From Candidatus Latescibacterota bacterium (lineage in GTDB: Bacteria; Latescibacterota; UBA2968; UBA8231): a stretch of 64,000 nt of DNA. The notes beneath the pieces were generated by a model. It worked only from the letters and a program-made list of their open reading frames with translations. It did no database searches and had not been told where the DNA came from. How positions within the stretch are numbered: position 1 is the first letter of the stretch; each line of letters opens with the position of its first letter. Location: contig CBDCXV010000009.1 of the NCBI GenBank assembly GCA_965223905.1, positions 640,001 to 704,000 of the forward strand. Reading direction: 5' to 3'. Of this stretch, positions 57,333 to 64,000 are shown in pieces. Position numbers and translations under genes: made by a program.

Positions 57333-58094
57333 GTGATCCACCTGAAATCCGCCAGCGAAATCGAGAAGATACGCGCCAGCTGCCGAATCGCCGCGGAGGC
57401 GATGATGCAGGTCGGGGAGACGATCGCTCCCGGCGTCACCACCGCCAGGCTCGACGCCGTAGCCGACTCCTACATCCGCAGCCAGGGGGCCGTAGCCAGC
57501 GCCAAGGGGTACCGCGGCTACCCGGCCAGTATCTGCGTTTCCATCAACGAGGTCATCGTTCACGGGATTCCCGGCCGGCGCCGGCTCGCCGAGGGGGATA
57601 TCGTCGCCGTCGACATCGCGGTCAAAAAGAACGGCTTCCACGGCGACATGAACGTCTCCTTTGCGGTCGGCGAAACCACCGGCGAGGCGCGCGACCTGCT
57701 GGCGGCGACCCGGGAAGGAATGGAGATCGGCCTGCGCGCCTGCGTTGCCGGCAACAGGCTGGGGGACGTCGGCCACGCGATACAGGAGTTCGTCGAAGGC
57801 AGGGGGTACTCGATCGTGCGCGAATACTGCGGCCACGGCATCGGGCGGGAGTTCCACGAGGAGCCGCAGTTGCTGCATTTCGGCACCCCGGACACCGGGC
57901 GGCGGCTGCAGCCCGGCGTCGTATTCACAGTGGAGCCGATGGTGAACGTCGGCGGGCCGGAGGTGCGCCTCCTCGACGACGACTGGACCGCCGTTACCAG
58001 CGACGGCAGCCTCTCCGCCCAGTTCGAGCACACCGTTGCGGTGACCGCGGACGGTCCCGACGTGCTGTCGCGATTCGACGGCCTGCCGTTCTGA
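57333..58094 (+). CDS. map: Methionine aminopeptidase type I
   Basis: 'C.SINE...HGIP', 'GFHGD', 'GHGIG..FHEEP', 'TVEPMVN', 'SAQFEHT'. Confidence 0.96.
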   Translation: MIHLKSASEIEKIRASCRIAAEAMMQVGETIAPGVTTARLDAVADSYIRSQGAVASAKGYRGYPASICVSINEVIVHGIPGRRRLAEGDIVAVDIAVKKNGFHGDMNVSFAVGETTGEARDLLAATREGMEIGLRACVAGNRLGDVGHAIQEFVEGRGYSIVREYCGHGIGREFHEEPQLLHFGTPDTGRRLQPGVVFTVEPMVNVGGPEVRLLDDDWTAVTSDGSLSAQFEHTVAVTADGPDVLSRFDGLPF

Positions 58095-58254
58095 GCGGCG
58101 TTTGCCGAATCCCGGGCAGCTCCTAGATTTTGTAAATCCGTAACGGAATGCCCGGGCCCTTCTGCCGCGTTCACCCCGGGCGAAGGCCCCGCCGGGCGGC
58201 AGGGGCGATACCGACCGGGTCCCGGGGCGGCACACAAGAGAAAAGGAAAGCGAT

Positions 58255-58533
58255 ATGGCGCAGAATTTACGGTCCCGCAACGAAGAGGAAGCGACCGATT
58301 TTTCGACCATCGATTCGGGGAGCACCCGCGAGCTGGAAGTCGAGGATATCTGCTGCATCACCGGCGAGGAGGTGCCGGCCAGCTTCTGCCGGTTTCCCGA
58401 TTACCGGCGGGGAACGATGATGGTGATGTCGAAGAAGCACGCGATCGAGCACCTGCGAAAAGGGACCACTATCGAGAAGTTCAAGGAGGTCCTGGTCGAA
58501 CGCCACGGAGAAGAGGTCCTCGCGGACTACTGA
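58255..58533 (+). CDS. Small hypothetical protein (92 aa)
   Basis: Purine-rich RBS (AAAGGAAAG), typical codon usage, no overlap with neighbouring genes; putative promoter TTGCCG..TAGATT at ~58102-58129. Confidence 0.65.
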   Translation: MAQNLRSRNEEEATDFSTIDSGSTRELEVEDICCITGEEVPASFCRFPDYRRGTMMVMSKKHAIEHLRKGTTIEKFKEVLVERHGEEVLADY

Positions 58534-58637
58534 ACCGAGGCTTTTCGGGAATGGCACCCCGGTGCCTTCCTCCGGCGCGACCGGCCACGGCTGCGCTTCC
58601 CGCCTTCCCACCTGATTCGCCGCCGCCCCCGGCGGTT

Positions 58638-59258
58638 TCAGACCCTGTCCAGCAACATCTGAATCTCCTCCCCCAGCGCCGAGAAGGGGGAGAGGCGCCC
58701 CGATCTGTCACGCGGAACGCCGCGGTGCACGGCTCGGGTCTCCCCGTCCTGGTCGATGACGACCGTCAGGGGAATGGCGACCATCGGGGAGGAGTCGTAG
58801 TTGCGCATCCAGCGCATTTCGGCGTCGTAGTAGATCGGGTAGTTGATTCCGTACTCCGCCATGAAGCGGCGCAGCTTGACATCGATCTGTTCAGGGGTGC
58901 CGTGTTCGCTCACCGCGATACCGACGATGGCGACGTCGTCGCCGGGGAAACCCTGGCGCAGCTTGACGAGGTCCGGGATTTCGATGCGGCAGGGCCCGCA
59001 CCAGGTCGCCCAGAAATTGATGACGAGGACCTTGCCCTTGTGGGCTTCGGGCCTGAAGTCTGCGGCGTCCCCGACGGAGCCGGTCTCGTTGGCAGGGGCC
59101 TGCTCGGAGGTGTCGGCGTCGCTGCAGCCCAATACGCCCAGGAGGGCGGCCAGAAGGGGCGGGAGGAGGTGGTTCAGGTTGATTCGACGTGCTGGTCGCT
59201 GCATGGAAGCGAATATAGAGGCGGCCAATAGGGTCGGCCACTGTCTGAGGGGCGGCAA
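58638..59258 (-). CDS. TlpA/ResA-family thiol-disulfide oxidoreductase lipoprotein (start uncertain)
   Basis: 'INFWATWCGPCRIEIP', 'IPLTVVID'; lipobox 'VLG-C'. Confidence 0.88.
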   Translation of the reverse strand: MPPLRQWPTLLAASIFASMQRPARRINLNHLLPPLLAALLGVLGCSDADTSEQAPANETGSVGDAADFRPEAHKGKVLVINFWATWCGPCRIEIPDLVKLRQGFPGDDVAIVGIAVSEHGTPEQIDVKLRRFMAEYGINYPIYYDAEMRWMRNYDSSPMVAIPLTVVIDQDGETRAVHRGVPRDRSGRLSPFSALGEEIQMLLDRV

Positions 59259-59297
59259 TCGGAGGGCAAGTCAATCCCCTGTGGGGGAAGTCAATGA

Positions 59298-59402
59298 CCT
59301 CAGGCGGATCCGGGAATCCTGCTGGGCGCAGGCCGCCGTACCGATGGCACGGCGGTGGAAAGCGCCACCTGGGGCCGCATCAAGGCCAGCCTCTCTGAAT
59401 AA
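59298..59402 (+). pseudogene. Orphan 3'-end remnant encoding a TWGRIK C-terminal tail
   Basis: Open frame PQADPGILLGAGRRTDGTAVESATWGRIKASLSE* with an in-frame TGA just upstream (59295) and no ATG. Confidence 0.6.
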
Positions 59403-59418
59403 GCCAGCCTGGCAACCC

Positions 59419-62400
59419 TCAGGCGCCCGGGGCAGCCCCCTTGGCGTTCGGCGCTTCCGTGAGCCAGGGCTTCTCCGGCTCGATCAGCGTTCCCACCGCC
59501 TTCAGCAGCTCGTCCGACGGATCGACCCGCAGCGACCGCGAGCGCACCACCGCGTCCTTGCCCCCCCCGTTCCTCAGGTGAATGAGCAGCTCACAGTTCC
59601 CGGTGTGCTGGTCGACCAGCCGGCGCAGGCGCTGCAGCAGGTCCGAGCTGCTTTCGTCGTCGAGCTTGAGGACGAAGTTCACCGCCTTCGTCAGTTTCTG
59701 CCGCGCCTCGCCGAGGGGGATCAGCGACTCGGCCTGGAGGCCGATGTTGCCGTTGCGGCGCGACACGCGGCCTTCGGCGAGGACCGCCTGTCCCTGCTCG
59801 ATCAGGGAGCGGAACCGGGTGTAGGCGTCGGAGAAGAAGACGGCGTCGGTCTTGCCGCCCTGGTCCTCGATGGTGGCGAAGGCGATGCTCTGGCCGCGGC
59901 GGTCCGTCGAGGTGCTGACGCGGGTGATGAGGCCTCCGATGCGCACGGAAGCGCCGTCCGCGTAGCGTTCGAGCTCCCCGATCGGGGTGGCGAAATAACG
60001 AAGGTCCCCGGCGTGCTGGTTGAGCGGGTGGCTGGAGACGTAGAACCCCAGCAGCTCCCGCTCCCGTTCGAGGCGTTCCGACTGGCTCCACGGCGCGGTT
60101 TCCGGCAGCGACGGTTTGTCGACCTGTGCCACCACCTCTTCGGCCTCGTCGAAGAGACTTCGCTGGCCGCGCAGCCTCTGCTCGTTGGCGATCTGGGCGT
60201 TCCTCAGCACCAGGTCCAGGCCCTCCAGCATCCGGGCGCGGTGCGTTCCCGGGCGGTCGACGGCGCCGGCGGCGATCAGGCTCTCGATCACCCGCCTGTT
60301 GACCGCCTTGAGGTCGAGGCGCTGACAGAGATCGAACAGGTCTGCGAAGGCCCCCCCGTCGGCCCGAGCCTCGACGATCGCCTGCGCCGCCCCTTCGCCG
60401 ACGTTCTTGACCGCGGCGAGACCGAAGCGGATACCCTCCGGGGTCGGTGTGAAGTTGACGGCGCTCTTGTCGACGTCGGGGGCCAGCACCGGCAGGTCCA
60501 TGTTACGGCACTCCTCCAGCAGCACGGTCAGCCGATCGGTGTTGGTGCGGTCCGTGGTCAGGCTGGCGGCCATGTACTCCCTCGGATGGTGGGCCTTGAG
60601 GTAGGCGTTCTTGCAGGCCACCTCGGAATAGCAGGCCGAGTGCGACTTGTTGAACCCGTACCCGGAAAACACCTCGATATCGTCCCACACCTTCCCGGCG
60701 ACCTTCTGCGGCACGCCGTTGCCCTGCGCCCCTTCGAGGAAGTCGTGGCGGTATTTCTCCATGACGTCGGCGAGCTTCTTGCCCATCGCCTTGCGGATGC
60801 CGTCGGCCTGGCCGAGGGTGAAGCCGGCCATGTCGCGGGCGATGCGCTGCACCTGCTCCTGGTAGGTGATGACCCCGTAGGTCTCCTCGAGGATCGGCTC
60901 GAGCAGCGCGTGGTCGTACTCGACCGCCTGCTTCCCCTGCTTGCGGGCGATGAAGTCCGGGATGCGCTGCATCGGTCCGGGGCGGTAGAGCGCGTTCATG
61001 GCGATCACGTCCTCGATCTTGTCCGGCTTGAGCTGCACGAGGTACTCGCGCATGCCGGCGCTCTCGAACTGGAACACCCCGATGGTGTCTCCCCTGCTGA
61101 ACAGGTCGAAGGTCTCCGCGTCGTCCCAGGGGATCGCCGAGAGGTCGAAGCCGGGCTGGTGCAGGCGGATCAGGCGCACCGCCTCGTCCATCAGCGACAG
61201 CTCCTTGAGTCCGAGGATGTCCATCTTGAGGAGGCCGACGGACATGCAGGTCTCGCCGTCGAACTGGGTGGTGACGGTGCCGTCCTTGGGAGCGCGGTAG
61301 AGGGGCACGAAATCGGTCAGCTCCGAGGGGGCGATGATGACGGCGCAGGCGTGGACGGAGGCGTGGCGAGCCATGCCCTCGAGCTTGCGGGAATACTCGA
61401 TCAGCCTGCCCTCCTCGCCCGGCGCCCCGGCGAGCTGCTGCAGCTCCGGGACCCGTTCGATGGCGCTGTCGAGGGTGATCTTGAGCTCGTTCGGGATCAG
61501 CTTGGCGATGCCGTCGACCTCCCCGAAGGGCATACCGAGAACGCGGCCGACGTCGCGCACCACCGCCTTGGCCCCCATCGTTCCGAAGGTGATCACCTGA
61601 GAGACGTTGGCCTCGCCGTACTTCTCGACGATGTAGCGGACGACCCTGTCGCGGCCCGTATCGGCGAAGTCGATGTCGATGTCGGGCGGTTCGATGCGCT
61701 CGGGATTGAGGAAGCGCTCGAACAGCAGGCCGAACTTCATCGGATCGGTGTCGGTGATCTCCAGGCAGTAGGAGACCAGGGAGCCGGAGGCGGAGCCGCG
61801 GCCGGGGCCGACGGAGATCCCGCTCCTGCGGGCGAAATTGACGATGTCCCAGACGATGAGGAAGTAGCCGGCGAACCCCTCCTTGGTCAGCAGGTCGAGC
61901 TCGTAGTCGAGCCGTTTCTCCAGGCCGGGATCGGGTTTGCCGTAGCGTTTCTCGAGCCCTTCCCGGGCGAGCCGGGTCAGGTAATCCCCGCTGCTCTCGT
62001 ATCCTTCGGGAATCGGGAAGTCCGGCATGTGGGATTCCCCGAAATCGAGCTCGAGGTCGCATTTGTCGGCGATCTCGACCGTCTTCTCCAGGGCGTCCGG
62101 CAGGTCGTTGAACAGCTCCTGCATCTGCGCTGGGCTTTTCATGAACAGCCCGTCGGCGTAGCAGAGGCGGTTGTCGTCGTCGACGGTCTTGCCGGTCTGG
62201 ATGCAGATCAGGGCGTCGTGGGCATCGTGGTCGTCGGCGCGGAGGAAGTGGAAGTCGTTGGTCGCGACCAGGGGCACCCCCAGCTTCCGGTGCAGCTCGA
62301 GCAGGCCCTCGTTGACCTTGGCCTCGGCGGGGATGCCATGGCGCTGGATCTCGAGGTAGTAGTCGTCACCGAAGTGGTCGGCGAACCAGCGCGCCGACTT

Positions 62401-62880
62401 TTCGGCCGCGGCGAGGCCATCGTTCTGCAGCAGGTGCGGGATCTCGCCGCTGACGCAGCCGGAAAGGCAGATCAGGCCTTCGCAATGTCCGGCGAGCAGC
62501 TCCCGGTCGATGCGCGGGAAGTAGTAGAAGCCCTCGAGATACGCTTTCGATACCAGCTTGACGAGGTTGCGGTAGCCGCTGCGGTTCCTGGCGAGGAGGA
62601 CGAGGTGGTTGGAGGCGTGGCTCAGCCCTTTCGCCGCCTTGCGGTCGTGGCGGCTGCCGAGGGCGACGTACACCTCGCAGCCGATGATCGGCTTGACGCC
62701 GATCTCCCGGCAGGCCCGGTAATGCTCGATGGCGCCGAACAGGTTGCCGTGGTCGGTGACCGCCAGCGCCGGCATCTCCAGCTCGGCGGCCAGGGCGGCC
62801 ATGTCGCCGATGCGGCAGCCGCCGTCGAGAAGGCTGTACTCGCTGTGGCCGTGAAGGTGGACGAATTCAGCTTGGGCCAT
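59419..62880 (-). CDS. dnaE: DNA polymerase III alpha subunit
   Basis: 'HLHGHSEYSLLDG', 'GPGRGSASGS', 'FERFLNPER..PPDIDIDF', 'GLLKMD.LG', 'YGFNKSH'; no intein seen. Confidence 0.97.
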   Translation of the reverse strand: MAQAEFVHLHGHSEYSLLDGGCRIGDMAALAAELEMPALAVTDHGNLFGAIEHYRACREIGVKPIIGCEVYVALGSRHDRKAAKGLSHASNHLVLLARNRSGYRNLVKLVSKAYLEGFYYFPRIDRELLAGHCEGLICLSGCVSGEIPHLLQNDGLAAAEKSARWFADHFGDDYYLEIQRHGIPAEAKVNEGLLELHRKLGVPLVATNDFHFLRADDHDAHDALICIQTGKTVDDDNRLCYADGLFMKSPAQMQELFNDLPDALEKTVEIADKCDLELDFGESHMPDFPIPEGYESSGDYLTRLAREGLEKRYGKPDPGLEKRLDYELDLLTKEGFAGYFLIVWDIVNFARRSGISVGPGRGSASGSLVSYCLEITDTDPMKFGLLFERFLNPERIEPPDIDIDFADTGRDRVVRYIVEKYGEANVSQVITFGTMGAKAVVRDVGRVLGMPFGEVDGIAKLIPNELKITLDSAIERVPELQQLAGAPGEEGRLIEYSRKLEGMARHASVHACAVIIAPSELTDFVPLYRAPKDGTVTTQFDGETCMSVGLLKMDILGLKELSLMDEAVRLIRLHQPGFDLSAIPWDDAETFDLFSRGDTIGVFQFESAGMREYLVQLKPDKIEDVIAMNALYRPGPMQRIPDFIARKQGKQAVEYDHALLEPILEETYGVITYQEQVQRIARDMAGFTLGQADGIRKAMGKKLADVMEKYRHDFLEGAQGNGVPQKVAGKVWDDIEVFSGYGFNKSHSACYSEVACKNAYLKAHHPREYMAASLTTDRTNTDRLTVLLEECRNMDLPVLAPDVDKSAVNFTPTPEGIRFGLAAVKNVGEGAAQAIVEARADGGAFADLFDLCQRLDLKAVNRRVIESLIAAGAVDRPGTHRARMLEGLDLVLRNAQIANEQRLRGQRSLFDEAEEVVAQVDKPSLPETAPWSQSERLERERELLGFYVSSHPLNQHAGDLRYFATPIGELERYADGASVRIGGLITRVSTSTDRRGQSIAFATIEDQGGKTDAVFFSDAYTRFRSLIEQGQAVLAEGRVSRRNGNIGLQAESLIPLGEARQKLTKAVNFVLKLDDESSSDLLQRLRRLVDQHTGNCELLIHLRNGGGKDAVVRSRSLRVDPSDELLKAVGTLIEPEKPWLTEAPNAKGAAPGA

Positions 62881-63094
62881 GAAGAAACTACCTCCGGACG
62901 GGGAGCCGCGGTGAGAGAAGGCCGGCGGACAAGGAACCCGGCACCAGCTGCCGGACCGCCGGGGAAACCGGAAGAACCGGAGAGGGAATCGCAACGGCGG
63001 TCGCGGAAAGGGAGGGCTGCTGCCGGTCCTGGGGGCGCCTGGAGGGAAACCGCGGAAACGCGGAATCCTGCGCCTGCAAGGCCTTCGAGGCGCT

Positions 63095-63123
63095 AACGTA
63101 TCAAGGCCCTTCCGGTGCGTCAA
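63095..63123 (-). promoter_or_regulatory. Putative sigma70 promoter for dnaE, implying a ~200-nt 5' leader
   Basis: Minus strand TTGACG-17 nt-TACGTT. Confidence 0.5.
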
Positions 63124-63291
63124 TCAGGCCGTTTCCCCAAGCGGGGAATCGCCCTGACCGGGGTGCCCAAAACCGGTTCCTGGCCGTATCATCTATAAAT
63201 GGTTCTGAACGTATCCCTCTGATAATTTTGCCGCCGAGGGCCGTCTGGGGCTCCCGCCCAGCCCCTGGCCCGGACAACGATTGGCAAACCC

Positions 63292-64000
63292 TTGAAGCCC
63301 GTACTCGTCGCCGGGACGCGACCCAATTTCGTCAAGATCGCGCCCCTGGCAGCGGCCCTGCGCCGCTACCCGCAAGAATTCACTCCCGTCGTCGTGCACA
63401 CGGGCCAGCACTACGACTACAACATGTCCGAGGTTTTCTTCAGCGACCTCGAGATGCCGCGGCCGGACCATTTCCTGCAGGCGCGGACCGGCTCCGGGGC
63501 CTCGCGGGTAGCGGACATCATCGCCAGGTTCGACCAGGTCCTGCAACGGGAACAACCGGATCTCGTGATCGTCGTAGGTGACGTCGCCGGCACCCTGGCA
63601 TGCGCCATGGCGGCCGCGGTCAGCGACATCCCGCTCGCCCACGTCGAGGCGGGGCTGCGCTGCGGAGACCGGCGCCTGCCGGAGGAGATCCACCGCGTGG
63701 CGACTGACGCCGCCGCGGACCTGCACTACACCTACTCCGAGGATGCCGACGCCAACCTGCTCGCCGAGAACGTTCCGGCGCGCTGCATTCACCGGGTCGG
63801 CAACCTGATGATCGACACCCTGCGCAGGCTGCAGCCCAGGGCGGCGCAGTCGAGCATCCTTTCCGACCTGGGGGTTGCCCCGGGGGAGTACGGGGTGGTC
63901 ACCCTGCACCGCCAGGCCAACGTCGACGCGGCCGCCCCCCTGGAAGGGATCCTGGGCGCCCTGGTCGAGATCCAGCGGCGTCTCCCCCTGGTGTTTCCCG
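63292..64000 (+). CDS. wecB: UDP-N-acetylglucosamine 2-epimerase (3'-truncated by the window edge; absent from the ORF track)
   Basis: Own translation: 'VAGTRPNFVKIAP', 'HTGQHYD', 'VVGD', 'HVEAGLR', 'PEEI.R', 'VGNLMID', 'TLHR'. Confidence 0.92.
   Translation, partial: MKPVLVAGTRPNFVKIAPLAAALRRYPQEFTPVVVHTGQHYDYNMSEVFFSDLEMPRPDHFLQARTGSGASRVADIIARFDQVLQREQPDLVIVVGDVAGTLACAMAAAVSDIPLAHVEAGLRCGDRRLPEEIHRVATDAAADLHYTYSEDADANLLAENVPARCIHRVGNLMIDTLRRLQPRAAQSSILSDLGVAPGEYGVVTLHRQANVDAAAPLEGILGALVEIQRRLPLVFP

Noticed and set aside
58843-63096. 1417-aa plus-strand ORF
   Set aside because: Antisense shadow of dnaE caused by high-GC codon bias; no recognisable motifs.
1-64000. tRNA, rRNA, tmRNA, transposase, integrase or prophage genes
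   Set aside because: No cloverleaf or T-arm signatures, rRNA-like tracts, or recombinase/phage motifs recognised by eye; a covariance search could still find small RNAs.

Overview
A high-GC bacterial chromosome segment from a diderm. The gene content (PorX-like regulator next to tsaE, ileS-dksA/traR-lspA, a WD40/peptidase-Omp85 protein, C-terminal 'TWGxIK' tails) suggests an FCB-related lineage such as Latescibacterota/Gemmatimonadota; this is an inference only. Most of the window is housekeeping: glyA, tal, kdsC, tsaE, rluD, lspA, ileS, yggS/yggT, secDF, apbE, polyprenyl synthase, glcDE, map, dnaE, wecB. I found no rRNA, tRNA, CRISPR array or intact transposase. The most notable elements are: (1) a ~2,370-aa autotransporter-like adhesin with 19 Ig/cadherin-like repeats in an A-B (552-bp) period; (2) a small secreted CxxCH protein resembling animal temptin that ends in a 'TAVxxxTWGRIK' tail, with a second, orphan copy of that tail at ~59.3 kb, suggesting an uncharacterised C-terminal sorting signal; (3) an envelope cluster of histidine kinase (triplicated sensor)-PorX/PglZ-TsaE-two beta-barrels-Tyr/Gly-rich lipoprotein, converging on a TPR/peptidase-PD40-Omp85/lipoprotein operon; (4) a Tm-1-like/cupin/PEP-hydrolase trio next to a xylulokinase-like gene; (5) an exact 80-bp tandem repeat that can form an H-type pseudoknot, with two degenerate look-alikes in other 5' regions; (6) a frameshifted 2-phosphoglycerate-kinase-like gene. 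All family calls come from motif recognition by eye; no database searches were run.
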